A stretch of 64,000 nucleotides of DNA, taken from assembly GCA_963823555.1 (NCBI GenBank), contig CAWGMA010000003.1, forward strand, positions 704,001 through 768,000, given 5' to 3'. Positions 20,210 to 30,383 of this stretch are shown in pieces. Position numbers and translations under genes: made by a program. This DNA is from Candidatus Eiseniibacteriota bacterium (GTDB lineage: Bacteria; Eisenbacteria; RBG-16-71-46; CAVPCR01). Positions within the stretch are counted from its first letter, which is position 1, and the number at the start of each line of letters is the position of its first letter. The notes beneath the pieces were generated by a model that saw only the letters and a program-made list of their open reading frames with translations, did not search any database and was not told where the DNA came from.

Positions 20210-21412
20210 TCAGCTCTTCACCTCGAGCCTCGCCCCGGCGGCCCTCTTCTGGTTCAGTTGGCGGCGGAACTCGGTGATCTCGCGCACCGCGCGGATCGCT
20301 GTTGCGATGTGCTCCTCGGTGTTGAAGGGGCCGACGCCCAGGCGAACGGCGCCGTGCTGATCGGTGCCGAGGGCTTCGTGGACGAGCGGGGCACAATGAA
20401 GCCCGGTGCGGCAGGCGATCGAATGATCCATGTCGAGCATGGTGCCGGTATCGGCGGCTTCCTGCCCATCCACATTGAAGAGCAACACGCTGATGTGATT
20501 CTCGAGATCGTCCTGGCAATAGAGCGTCACGCCGTCGATCTCGTGGAGGCCATCGCGGAGCTGGCGTGTGAGTCGCATCTCGTGGTCCTGGATCGACTCG
20601 AGCCCGCGCTGGAGGATCCACTTGAGGCCGGCCTGGAGCCCGGCGATGCCGACGAGGTTGGGCGTGCCATATTCGAGGCGATAGGGATACTCCTCGAGGT
20701 GGGTGCGCTGAGCGGAGCGCACACCGGTGCCGCCGGCCCGGGTGATGCGAATCTCGACGTCCTCGCCGACGCAAAGACCGCCGACTCCCGTGGGGCCGAG
20801 GAGGGATTTGTGTCCGGTGAAGGCCACCACGTCGATGCCCTGGGTCGCCATGTGGATCGGTACCTTGCCTGCGGTCTGCGAGGCGTCGATCAAGAAGCGA
20901 ATGCCATGCTGCCGGCAGCGGGCTCCGATCTCGGCGATCGGCTGCACGGTGCCGATGACGTTCGAGCCATGGTTGACCGCAACCAGTCGCGTGTTCTTCT
21001 TGAACCTGCGCGCCACGTCCTCCGGGTCGATGAAGCCTCCGGCGTCGAACGGGATGTAGTCGATCTCGACTCCGGCCATCCCCTGGTGGTAGAGGGGGCG
21101 CAGCACCGAGTTATGCTCGAGATGGGTGGTGATCGCGTGGTCGCCGGGCTCGAGCATGCCGAAGATGGCCAGGTTCAGCGCATCGGTTGAATTGCCGGAA
21201 AAGACGAGACGATTGGGATCGCTACCGCCGAAGAACTTGCAGAGCATGCGGCGGGTATCCTCGACCATCTCCCCCGATTCGATGCAGAGGTCGTATCCGG
21301 ATCGCCCAGGATTGACCCCGAAGTTGCGATAAAAGAAGTCCATCTGCCGATAGACTTCCTCGGGCTTGGGAAACGAGGTCGAGCCGTTGTCGAGATAGAT
21401 CACCTTCTCCAT
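20210..21412 (-). CDS. Class V aminotransferase / SufS-type cysteine desulfurase family
   Basis: IYLDNGST, EHNSV, DASQTAG, TGHK (PLP Lys), RTGLHCAP (catalytic Cys). Confidence 0.92.
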   Translation of the reverse strand: MEKVIYLDNGSTSFPKPEEVYRQMDFFYRNFGVNPGRSGYDLCIESGEMVEDTRRMLCKFFGGSDPNRLVFSGNSTDALNLAIFGMLEPGDHAITTHLEHNSVLRPLYHQGMAGVEIDYIPFDAGGFIDPEDVARRFKKNTRLVAVNHGSNVIGTVQPIAEIGARCRQHGIRFLIDASQTAGKVPIHMATQGIDVVAFTGHKSLLGPTGVGGLCVGEDVEIRITRAGGTGVRSAQRTHLEEYPYRLEYGTPNLVGIAGLQAGLKWILQRGLESIQDHEMRLTRQLRDGLHEIDGVTLYCQDDLENHISVLLFNVDGQEAADTGTMLDMDHSIACRTGLHCAPLVHEALGTDQHGAVRLGVGPFNTEEHIATAIRAVREITEFRRQLNQKRAAGARLEVKS

Positions 21413-21494
21413 GCGCATCCCTCCACCACCATTATCTCCCACCCCCTCAGGTCCGGTCAAAGCAGGCGATGCTCCTCAAGGGGGGCGTTTCCTG

Positions 21495-22553
21495 TCAGCG
21501 GACGATCAGGATCCGGGCCGTCGCCTGCTCCCGGCCCTGAACCAGCCGCGCCAGATAGATCCCGGACGGCACTCGCGATCCGGCATCGCTCCTGCCATCC
21601 CAGCGGACGACATGGGATCCGGCTTCCAGCCGGCCGCGGATCGGGGCCGCCATTCGCCGTCCGAGCACGTTGAAGATGTCGAGCTGGATCAAGCCCGCGG
21701 CCGGGAGCTCGAACCGGAGCTCGGCCGCGCTTCCCGCCGGCTCGCTTCCGCCGAGAACGAGCCGCAACGCTCCGGTCTCCGGGGCCTCGGCGCCGATCGC
21801 GCTCGGGGACCCGGGAATCCAGGCGGCGCCGCCCGTCGAGTGATGGGCCGGGTAGGGGTTGGTGAAGGGTGTCCAGGCGCCGCCCGGCCCCTGGCTCAGG
21901 TCGTAGGCGAAGCAGGGTTCCCCCTCGTCGCCGCGCGTGGCCAGGAGATAGACCGTGTTGTTGCCGACGGCGAGCGCTCGTCCCTGTCCGTTGACATTGG
22001 GCGGGCTCCCCACGAGGCGCGTCATGGCCCCGGAGTCGATGTCGATCGCGTAGAGGCCGCTCGCTCCGTACTCGGTGTAGCCGTAGAGCTTGTCATCGAG
22101 CGGGTTGTAGTCGAGCCCGAAGAAGCGGAAGCCCTGCGCCGACGTGTCGATCGCGAGCGTCGCCACGCCGGTCTGCGCATCGATGGCATAGATGCCGAGC
22201 GGAGAGGTGAAGTTCGAGTATCCGTAGAGCCGACCCCGGCCGTAGCCCATACCGTGCACGTCGACCGTGACGTTGGCCACGAACTGGGGAGGTCCGGTGA
22301 GGGTCGAGCGGTAGAGGCGAGTGGTGAACGGGCCGTTGCACAGGTAAAGCGTGCCGTCCGGGGCGCAGGCGGCGCCGTTCACCTCGAACGGGAAGTGGTC
22401 CGTCCAGGTGACACCAGGGAAGCCGGCGAGATCGGAGGACCGGGTCACGAGGGAGGATTGCTCGAGCCCCACGAAGAGCCGCTGGGCGTCGGCCGAGGTG
22501 GGGAGAAGCAGAGCCAGGGAGGTGGTGGCCAGAAGGGCGAGGAGGATTCGCAT
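21495..22553 (-). CDS. Secreted beta-propeller-like protein with FlgD-Ig/T9SS-CTD-like domain
   Basis: Signal peptide; LYGY..GxYAIDxxxG repeats; C-terminal IFNVLGRR...WDGRSDAG.RVPSGIYLARL. Confidence 0.82.
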   Translation of the reverse strand: MRILLALLATTSLALLLPTSADAQRLFVGLEQSSLVTRSSDLAGFPGVTWTDHFPFEVNGAACAPDGTLYLCNGPFTTRLYRSTLTGPPQFVANVTVDVHGMGYGRGRLYGYSNFTSPLGIYAIDAQTGVATLAIDTSAQGFRFFGLDYNPLDDKLYGYTEYGASGLYAIDIDSGAMTRLVGSPPNVNGQGRALAVGNNTVYLLATRGDEGEPCFAYDLSQGPGGAWTPFTNPYPAHHSTGGAAWIPGSPSAIGAEAPETGALRLVLGGSEPAGSAAELRFELPAAGLIQLDIFNVLGRRMAAPIRGRLEAGSHVVRWDGRSDAGSRVPSGIYLARLVQGREQATARILIVR

Positions 22554-22793
22554 CGGGGTTCCCTTCCCTCAGGGTGTTGTTCAGCGCGGCCGCAGTACCT
22601 TCCAGCATATCACCGGGATGAGGGCGCAGGAACGGGCGGCGGAATCCAGGGTGCCCTGCGGGCGCCACGCCGGCGATTGCGGCTTCCTTATGGCCGAAAG
22701 GACCAAGGCGGTCTAGTATGGGAGTTCCCCATCCGGTCGCCGCCATGAACCACCTGGGCCGCCTTTCTTGCGTTTGGACTCCGGGAGGGAAGC

Positions 22794-24437
22794 ATGCCTC
22801 AGTTTGTTTACCAGCCGATGTTCGAGCTCGGGGCGGACAAGACCGAATACAAGCTCTTGCGGACCGATCTGGTATCGACTGCGAGCTTCGACGGCCGCGA
22901 GATCCTGAAGGTGCGCCCCGAGGCGCTCGAGTTCCTCACCGTGCAGGCGATGGCCGACGTCTCTCACCTGCTGCGTGCCAGTCATCTGGCGCAACTACGC
23001 GGTATTCTCGATGATCCAGAGGCCTCGAACAACGATCGCTTCGTCGCACTGGAGCTGCTCAAGAACGCGGTGATTGCGGCGGAGGGCGAGTTACCGAGCT
23101 GCCAGGATACCGGCACCGCGATCGTCATCGGGCACAAGGGAGAGGATGTCCAGACCGGAGTCGACGACGCCGAGTGGCTGTCGCGGGGCATCCACAAGGT
23201 CTACGGGGAGTGGAATCTTCGCTACTCGCAGATGGCGCCCATCGACATGTACACCGAGAAGAACACGGGCAGCAATCTCCCGGCACAGATCGAGATCTAC
23301 GCCGAGCCCGGTGACGAGTACCATCTGCTCTTTCTCGCCAAGGGCGGCGGCTCGGCCAACAAGACGTATCTCTTCCAGGAGACCAAGGCGCTCCTGAACC
23401 CGGATTCGCTCTCGAGCTTCGTCGCCGACAAGATCCGTTCCCTGGGCACCGCGGCCTGTCCGCCCTATCACCTGGCCCTGGTGGTCGGCGGCACATCGGC
23501 CGAGCTCACGCTCAAGACGGTCAAGCTCGCCACCGCCCGGTACCTGGATGGACTACCGACGACCGGGACCGAGAGCGGGCGGGCTTTCCGCGACGTCGCC
23601 TTCGAGGAGAAGGTGCTCGATCTATGCCGGAAGGCCGGGATCGGTGCCCAGTTCGGCGGCAAGTACTTCGCCCACGATGTGCGGGTCATCCGCCTCCCAC
23701 GCCACGGCGCGTCCTGCCCGGTGGGAATCGGCGTTTCGTGCTCGGCCGACCGGCAGATCCTCGGCAAGATCACCCGCGACGGGATCTTCCTCGAGAAGCT
23801 GGAGACGGATCCCGCCCAGTACCTGCCCGATGTGACCGAGAAGGACCTGGTGGGGACGGCGGTCGAGATCGATCTCAATCGACCGATGGCCGAGATCCGC
23901 GCCGAGCTCTCCAGGCATCCGGTCGCCACCCTGGTCAAGCTCACGGGGCCGCTCGTCGTCGCCCGCGACATCGCGCACGCCAGGCTCAAGGAGCGGCTCG
24001 ACCGCGGCGAGGGCCTGCCGCAGTACTTCAAGGATCTCGCCGTCTACTACGCCGGGCCGGCCAAGAAGCCGGAGGGCCGGGCCTCGGGATCGTTCGGTCC
24101 GACCACGGCCGGTCGCATGGACTCCTACGTCGACCTCTTCCAGAGCCAGGGCGGGAGCATGGTGATGCTGGCCAAGGGCAACCGCTCGGCGCAGGTCCGG
24201 GAGGCCTGCAAGAAGCACGGCGGCTTCTACCTCGGGTCGATCGGCGGTCCGGCGGCGCGTCTCGCCGATCACTCGATCAAGAAGGTCGAGGTGCTCGAAT
24301 ACCCTGAGCTCGGCATGGAAGCGATATGGAAGATCGAGGTCGAGGACTTCCCGGCCTTCATCGTCGTCGACGACAAGGGGAACGACTTCTATGCCGATCT
24401 CGGCCGCCCGCAGGGAGCGATTCCGATCGCGCGCTGA
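22794..24437 (+). CDS. fumA: Class I (Fe-S) fumarate hydratase
   Basis: [48 protein letters not shown]. Confidence 0.95.
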   Translation: MPQFVYQPMFELGADKTEYKLLRTDLVSTASFDGREILKVRPEALEFLTVQAMADVSHLLRASHLAQLRGILDDPEASNNDRFVALELLKNAVIAAEGELPSCQDTGTAIVIGHKGEDVQTGVDDAEWLSRGIHKVYGEWNLRYSQMAPIDMYTEKNTGSNLPAQIEIYAEPGDEYHLLFLAKGGGSANKTYLFQETKALLNPDSLSSFVADKIRSLGTAACPPYHLALVVGGTSAELTLKTVKLATARYLDGLPTTGTESGRAFRDVAFEEKVLDLCRKAGIGAQFGGKYFAHDVRVIRLPRHGASCPVGIGVSCSADRQILGKITRDGIFLEKLETDPAQYLPDVTEKDLVGTAVEIDLNRPMAEIRAELSRHPVATLVKLTGPLVVARDIAHARLKERLDRGEGLPQYFKDLAVYYAGPAKKPEGRASGSFGPTTAGRMDSYVDLFQSQGGSMVMLAKGNRSAQVREACKKHGGFYLGSIGGPAARLADHSIKKVEVLEYPELGMEAIWKIEVEDFPAFIVVDDKGNDFYADLGRPQGAIPIAR

Positions 24438-24458
24438 GAGCCGGCTCGGAGGCGAGTT

Positions 24459-24998
24459 CTACTCGTTGAAGATGTCCTTGACTCGTCCCCAGGTCGCCGG
24501 CTTGATGTCGACCGGCCCCTCCACCATGATCTTGGCATCATCGATGCGAAAGATGTGGTCGTAGTGGCCGGAAATCGAGATCCCGTGCAGCTGGCCGCTG
24601 CTGCGGATCCTGCTCGTGAGATCGAAGCGCGTCCAGGACGACCCCGCATGCTCATGCGGGAACTCGTCCCAGTCGCCGCCGCTCGGCGAGTAGAGGAGCC
24701 GCACGACGTGATTCACCATGGCGGGCGACTTGCAGTAGAGCGAGATCTCGAGGACATCGCCCACCGCCACCGGAGCGATCGTCTGCTGCAGTGACGAGCC
24801 GCTCGTGTTCTCGGCACAGTAGGTCCCCGTGTGAGCGTCACCCGATGTGACCGACCAGGCGCTTCCGGCCCAGGGGGCGATCACGCCGTCCTCGAAACCG
24901 GGGTTCGTGAGCTGATTCACCGGAATGCCGGCCGCGGTCCCGTGGAGCAGGATGAGCCCCAGGGCGATGGCCGTTGTCGTGAGGTTCAACTTGATCAT
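24459..24998 (-). CDS. Small secreted CBM-like (NPGFE) protein with C-terminal TWG tail
   Basis: Signal peptide; NQLTNPGFEDG...AHTG...IDD; ends PVDIKPATWGRVKDIFNE. Confidence 0.75.
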   Translation of the reverse strand: MIKLNLTTTAIALGLILLHGTAAGIPVNQLTNPGFEDGVIAPWAGSAWSVTSGDAHTGTYCAENTSGSSLQQTIAPVAVGDVLEISLYCKSPAMVNHVVRLLYSPSGGDWDEFPHEHAGSSWTRFDLTSRIRSSGQLHGISISGHYDHIFRIDDAKIMVEGPVDIKPATWGRVKDIFNE

Positions 24999-25001
24999 CC
25001 T

Positions 25002-25032
25002 TGCATTCTCCTCGGTGCATTCTCTTCGGTGC
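25002..25032. repeat. 14-bp tandem duplication over the RBS region
   Basis: TGCATTCTCCTCGG TGCATTCTCTTCGG TGC. Confidence 0.6.
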
Positions 25033-25078
25033 CGGCGCGGATCGCGCTGGCGCCTCAACATGCTGCTGATCTGCGTGA

Positions 25079-25724
25079 TCAGCGGAGCCGCACCAGCTTG
25101 GCGGCGCCGCCTCGCGTTCCGTTCCGGACCAGGTAGACGCCGGGCGGTACCTCACGGCCGCGCGAGTCGCGTCCATCCCACTCCACCACGGTGGCGCCGG
25201 AAGCCGTGGCCACAAGCCGGGTCGACCAGACCCGCCGCCCGCTGATATCGAACACCTCGAGCCAGCGCGGTTCCGCTGGCGTCGATTCGAAGAAGATGCG
25301 CACGGCTTGCCCCGCGCTCGGATTTCTGCCCGCGGAACACCATGATGTCGCCATAGTTGCTGGTGACGACGGCATCGAGGCGGAGATCTCCGTCCATGTC
25401 CGCGAGGGCGAGCCCGCGTGACCATCCGGCAGTATCGTACTCGATGGCCGGGGCGAAGCTGCCGTCGCCACGGCCGAGCATGACGCAGAGGTGGCCGAGC
25501 ACATCATCGAGGAAGACCAGATCGAGATGCTCGTCCCCGTTCAGGTCTGCCGCACTTGCGTCATAGCTCCCGCGTCCGCTGGCGGCCATATCGATCCGGG
25601 CGGGCCAGAAGAGGGGGGCGGCCTGGCTCGACGTGGGAAGGGCGGCCAAGGTAGCCAGAGTGAAGGCGACCGTGAGGGAATGCAGTAGGAGGTGGTGCTC
25701 GCGGCTCCTTGAGGTCCCGGGCAT
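25079..25724 (-). pseudogene. Frameshifted or internally deleted FG-GAP repeat protein with FlgD-Ig-like CTD
   Basis: Signal peptide and two FG-GAP repeats (ADLNGDEHLD, ADMDGDLRLD) in one frame; the CTD (NPS...VFDISGRRV...WDGRDSRG.EVPPGVYLVR) is in another frame; junction ~25330. Confidence 0.72.
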
Positions 25725-25850
25725 GGCGTCCTCCTCGATAGGGGGCTTTCCGGTCCAATGGTCTTCCCGGGACAGGCGAGCCACACCTCGCCCTCGGTGG
25801 CGCAAGCATGCCTCTGATCAGAGGATACTCCTTCAGGGCCGAAGATTTTC

Positions 25851-25870
25851 TAACATCCTCATTGTAGATT
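25851..25870. promoter_or_regulatory. 20-bp upstream motif, copy 1
   Basis: TAACATCCTCATTGTAGATT; 19/20 identical to 53056..53075. Confidence 0.65.
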
Positions 25871-25969
25871 TTCCATGTCGGCCGGTTATCTCCCCCCCCC
25901 ATGGCAAGGGGCCGGCTCGCGCGCTCGGCGCGAGCCGGCCCCAGTTCGATCCAGGCGGACCGGTCAGGA

Positions 25970-27679
25970 TCAGTAGTAGTAGTTCCGATCGGTGGGCGTG
26001 GTCGGCGCCTCGACATCGTTGCCGCCGAGAATCACGACGTGGGCCCCGCCGGCCGCATCCACATAGGTGATGGCGGCATGATTGAAGAACGGAACGCCCC
26101 CGGCGCTCGTGATCGTCTGCGAGCCGGTCGCGCCGTTGAAGCTGCTGATCGTGCCGTCGGGGTTGATCTCGGCATACTGGTGCTCGGTCGCCGAGTTGCG
26201 GGCTCCATTGTAGAGCCCCCCGCTCACGAGCACGGTGCCGCCCGCGACGAGCGCGGTGTGCTTGGCCACCGCCTTGATCAACGAGCTCGGATTCAAGCTC
26301 CACGATCCCTCGATCTCCGCGGTGCGCAGACCGAGCTTGGCCCGGAGGATATCGGCGGTCTCGGTGGTCGTCGTGGTTGCCGACTGCGGCGGCGTCGTTC
26401 CGCGTTCGCCGCCGACCATGTAGAGCACGTCGGCGAACTGGATCAGGCTCGCATAGGAGCGCGGCTCCGGAAGCGTGGCCTGGCTCTCCCAGGGTCCGAG
26501 GTGGCCATCGGGCTCGATATGCGCCCGATGGACTTCCGCCACCGCCTCGTGACCGAGGGTAGCGCCGCCGGTGACGTAGAGCCACGAGCGGAAGACAGCG
26601 ATGCCCATCGAATGGAGCGGTGCCGGCAGCATCGCCTCCTCCGTCCACGATCCCACCGCACGGTCGGTAGACACCGCGGCGCGGAAAACGCTGCGCGTTG
26701 GCGCGCCGCTGGCATCGAGCCCGCCAGCGACGAAGAGGTGTCCGGCAACCATCGTATCGACAAGCGCGTTATAGGGTGTGGCCAGGGCCATACCGTGGAA
26801 CGCCCGGGACTCCGGCAGCGACGCTTCCGAAAGCCAGGACGAGATGGCACCGGTCTGGTCGACCTGCGCTCTGAGCACCTGGTTGCGCGGCGACAGGCTG
26901 CCGTCGGCCCCTCCGGTCACGAAGATGACGTTTTGCCTTCCCGCATCTTCTCCCGAGAGGAAGACCGCCTTGTGGCCCTGAGAGGCAGAAGGCAGGGGTG
27001 TCGTCTCGGTCCAGAAGATCTGGGAGGGACTGAACGTGGCGGCCTCGCTCAAGATGAACTGGACCGTCCGGCTGGTTCCGGTCGGGGTCTCGATCCACAC
27101 CGGGCCCGTGACTGCCGACTGGGGCACCGTGGCCACGATGAAGTCGTTCGTCCACTGTCCCGCAGCGGAGAAGTCGGCCGCTACCGGCTGACCACCGTCC
27201 GCCGTGAACCACGCCGAGCCTTTTCCGACCAGATCGCCGAAGGCATGCCCCTCGAAGAGAATGGTGCTGCCGCGGAGCCCGCTCGGCCGGGCGACGCCGT
27301 TGACGACATCGAGATCAGGGGGCACCGCACGATAGGCGCCGGGAAGCGCGGCGAGACGTCCTCCCGGGTTCGTCACTGTCAGGTCGTAAGCTGTCCCGGC
27401 CACGAGCCCGTCCGGAGCGTGCACGAGCAAGGTGGTCGGTGAGACCACGGTGATGCTCGTCGCCTCGATGTCACCGAAGCGCACACCGAGGCCCGAGGCG
27501 AAGTCGGCGCCGATGATCTGGACCTCGGTGCCGACGGTGCCGCTGTCGGGTTCGATCGCGTTCAGGACCGGCTCGAGTCCCTCGGGACCGGTCGAGTCCT
27601 TCCCGCAGCCAACATTGCCGAAGGCGAGCCCGATCGTGGCGGCGATCACCACCAAGGTGGCGAAGCGCTTCGCGATCAT
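25970..27679 (-). CDS. Lipoprotein with IPT/TIG domains and Kelch-like propeller
   Basis: GNVGC lipobox; P.SG..GT.V.I.G.F and TVTNPGG; repeated YVxGG...W....LP. Confidence 0.82.
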   Translation of the reverse strand: MIAKRFATLVVIAATIGLAFGNVGCGKDSTGPEGLEPVLNAIEPDSGTVGTEVQIIGADFASGLGVRFGDIEATSITVVSPTTLLVHAPDGLVAGTAYDLTVTNPGGRLAALPGAYRAVPPDLDVVNGVARPSGLRGSTILFEGHAFGDLVGKGSAWFTADGGQPVAADFSAAGQWTNDFIVATVPQSAVTGPVWIETPTGTSRTVQFILSEAATFSPSQIFWTETTPLPSASQGHKAVFLSGEDAGRQNVIFVTGGADGSLSPRNQVLRAQVDQTGAISSWLSEASLPESRAFHGMALATPYNALVDTMVAGHLFVAGGLDASGAPTRSVFRAAVSTDRAVGSWTEEAMLPAPLHSMGIAVFRSWLYVTGGATLGHEAVAEVHRAHIEPDGHLGPWESQATLPEPRSYASLIQFADVLYMVGGERGTTPPQSATTTTTETADILRAKLGLRTAEIEGSWSLNPSSLIKAVAKHTALVAGGTVLVSGGLYNGARNSATEHQYAEINPDGTISSFNGATGSQTITSAGGVPFFNHAAITYVDAAGGAHVVILGGNDVEAPTTPTDRNYYY

Positions 27680-27900
27680 GCGCACTGATGAATGAACGAA
27701 AACACGGAACATGGCAGGACCTCGAACAGGGTGGAGCCGGAGCACCGGCCAGGGTAGGGGAGGGACCTGGCGCCCGCCGCGGCGGGCGTCTGCCCCTCAT
27801 CGAGTCATCGGGATTCCGCGAGCAGATCTTTAGCGGGGGAGGATGGGGAGGCCGGCGGCCCCGGGACCGCCGGCCGGGCAAGTTGCTATGAGTGCAGGCG

Positions 27901-28893
27901 TTACTGGCCCTGTCCCACCGCCAGCGGCTCGGCCGCATAGATCAGGGTCGCGATCGAGTCGCCCTGGCGGTACGTGAGGGCGAGCCGGGTGGCGAGGAAG
28001 GAGAACTTGTTCACGGCCGTGAGGGCCTTCAGGTAGCGATCCTCGAGCAGCGTGATCTCCTCCTCGCAGGCCCGTCGCGTCGAGGCCATGCGATCATCGA
28101 TGGTGATATCTCCGGGCATCTCGCCAGCGCTGACGTTTCCATTGTACCGATTGCATCCCGAAGACCCGGTAAGGCGCGAGCCATCGAACTGGAGCGTGAT
28201 GCGCGGTTCGACCGGGGCCGGCTGGTTCCAGGCGAAGCTCTTGAGGACCCACTCGACTCCTGCCAGGTCCTCGATGGAGAGCGTTCCCGTCGCGGTCGCG
28301 GCGATCTCTTTCAGCGCCCCGGGCTCCAGGGCGAAGACGCGGGTTGCCTTCTGCGACGGGCAGCACATGGCATCTTCGGGTCCCGCCTCGACCAGGTCGA
28401 GCACGAGCCTCGAGTCCACGAGTCGAGCGTGCATGACCTGGACCCGATCCCCGAGCGGCGCGGTGCCGAGATTCTCGGCCGCCGTACCGCGCCCGCCAAC
28501 CACCGCTGCATGAAGGAACGTGCCGGATCCGCCGGAGCTCGTGGCGATGAGAACGATCGCCTCCGGCACGCCATCACCGTTCATGTCGCCAGCGAGCTTG
28601 AAGTCGGGAGCGAGGGTCGCCGAAGGTCGCGAGGCACCGCCCTCCGCGAAGGGCTGGCCCTCCCATTCCCCCGCGGTGAGCGTCACTTCCGGCGCCACGT
28701 CGAGGCCCCGGTAGGTGGCATTGGCGATCTGATCCGCGGTCGGAATCGTTCGTGCCTCCTGCTCGCCGGTGCCGCGCCCGGCAGGCTCGGGTTGCTTGCC
28801 GCAACCAACCGCGAGGATGGCGAGCAGGCTCAGGAACCACATCTCGACGTGCCAGGCTCGGGCACGGATCGAGCGAGGGAACGAGGGGTTCAC
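27901..28893 (-). CDS. META (HslJ) domain lipoprotein
   Basis: LAVGC lipobox; GGSGTF, LGDRVQV, MCCPS; META GSSGCNRY...STRRAC; GTG start after AAGGAGG. Confidence 0.85.
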   Translation of the reverse strand: MNPSFPRSIRARAWHVEMWFLSLLAILAVGCGKQPEPAGRGTGEQEARTIPTADQIANATYRGLDVAPEVTLTAGEWEGQPFAEGGASRPSATLAPDFKLAGDMNGDGVPEAIVLIATSSGGSGTFLHAAVVGGRGTAAENLGTAPLGDRVQVMHARLVDSRLVLDLVEAGPEDAMCCPSQKATRVFALEPGALKEIAATATGTLSIEDLAGVEWVLKSFAWNQPAPVEPRITLQFDGSRLTGSSGCNRYNGNVSAGEMPGDITIDDRMASTRRACEEEITLLEDRYLKALTAVNKFSFLATRLALTYRQGDSIATLIYAAEPLAVGQGQ

Positions 28894-28992
28894 GCGAGTT
28901 TCCTCCTTCAGCGGGAGCGATGAGCGGCGACCATTCCAGGAACTGCGGGCTGGAGCGTACACCAATTCGCCTCAGGTCGTGCCCAAAGCGAG

Positions 28993-29022
28993 GGGCCGGC
29001 GGGGTGACCCGCCGGCCCTTTT
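28993..29022. terminator. Intrinsic terminator-like hairpin downstream of gltA
   Basis: GGGCCGGCGGG-GTGA-CCCGCCGGCCC-TTTT. Confidence 0.7.
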
Positions 29023-29063
29023 GCTCGACCGCTAATCCTCGGCCGTCCGATGTCCTGCCGGAG

Positions 29064-30383
29064 CTAGCGCACGCCGGCCTCGGCGAGCAGCTTCTCCGAC
29101 CGCTTCTCGATCGGAACAAAATCGCGCTCGCCGTACCCGTTGTAGACCTGGCGCGGGCGCGCGATCTTCTGCTCCTTGTCGAGGAGCATCTCCTGCCATT
29201 GAGCGATCCAGCCCGACGTACGCGGGATCGCGAACAGCACTGTGAACATCTCGGTGGGGAATCCCATCGCCTGATAGATGATCCCCGAGTAGAAGTCCAC
29301 GTTCGGGTAGAGACGGCGCTTGACGAAGTACTCGTCCTCGAGGGCGATGCGCTCGAGTTCGAGCGCGATGTCGAGGAGCGGGTTCTTCCCGGTGATCGCG
29401 AACACCTTGTCCGCGGTCTCCTTTATGATCCGCGCGCGTGGATCGTAGTTCTTGTAGATGCGGTGCCCGAAGCCCATCAGGAGCCGATCCCCGGACTTCA
29501 CCTGCTTGATGAACTCCGGCACGCGGTCCTTGGAGCCGATCTCTCCCAGCATCTCGAGCACTTCCTGGTTGGCGCCGCCGTGGAGCGGGCCGTAGAGGGC
29601 CGCCACCGCCGCCGCGCACGCCGAGTAGGGATCGGTGTGGGAGCTGCCGACGCCACGCATGGCGTTGGCGCTGCAGTTCTGCTCATGATCGGCATGCAGG
29701 ATGAACAGCACATCGAGCGCCTTGGCCAGCACCGGGTTCGGCTTGTACTTGGGCTCACTCATCCGCCACAACATGCTCAGGAAGTTCTCGCTGTAGCTCA
29801 GTTCGTTGTCCGGATAGACATAGGGCATGCCGCGGCTGTGGCGATACGCGAAGGCCGCCAACGTCGGCATCTTGCCGATGAGCCGATAGGTCTGCTTCAG
29901 GCGGTTGGCCGGGTCCTGGATGTGGCGCGAATCCGGATAGAACGTGGACAGGGCGCCCACCGTGCTCACGAGCATGCCCATCGGGTGCGCGTCGTGATGG
30001 AACCCGTCCATGAACTTCTTGATGTTCTCATGGACGAACGTGTGATACGTGATGTTGTGAGTCCAGTCGTCGAGCTGGCTCTTGGTCGGCAGCTCGCCAA
30101 AGAGGACGAGATAGGCGACCTCGAGGTACGAGCACTTCTCCGCCAGCTGCTCGATGGGATAGCCGCGATAGCGGAGAATGCCCTTGTCGCCATCAATGAA
30201 GGTGATCTTGCTCTTGCACGAGGCTGTGTTGGTGAAGGCCGGATCGTATGCCATCAGTCCAAAGTCATCATCGCTGACCTTGATCTGACGCAGATCCATG
30301 GCCTTGACGGTCCCATCGGTCACCGGGACCTCATAGGCCTTCCCGGTGCGATTGTCGGTGATGGTGAGAGTGTCCCTGCCCAC
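29064..30383 (-). CDS. gltA: Citrate synthase (type II)
   Basis: GILRYRGY, HPMG, LHADHEQN, GPLHGGAN, MGFGHRIYK, YPNVDFYSG, IARPRQ; GTG start. Confidence 0.97.
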   Translation of the reverse strand: MGRDTLTITDNRTGKAYEVPVTDGTVKAMDLRQIKVSDDDFGLMAYDPAFTNTASCKSKITFIDGDKGILRYRGYPIEQLAEKCSYLEVAYLVLFGELPTKSQLDDWTHNITYHTFVHENIKKFMDGFHHDAHPMGMLVSTVGALSTFYPDSRHIQDPANRLKQTYRLIGKMPTLAAFAYRHSRGMPYVYPDNELSYSENFLSMLWRMSEPKYKPNPVLAKALDVLFILHADHEQNCSANAMRGVGSSHTDPYSACAAAVAALYGPLHGGANQEVLEMLGEIGSKDRVPEFIKQVKSGDRLLMGFGHRIYKNYDPRARIIKETADKVFAITGKNPLLDIALELERIALEDEYFVKRRLYPNVDFYSGIIYQAMGFPTEMFTVLFAIPRTSGWIAQWQEMLLDKEQKIARPRQVYNGYGERDFVPIEKRSEKLLAEAGVR

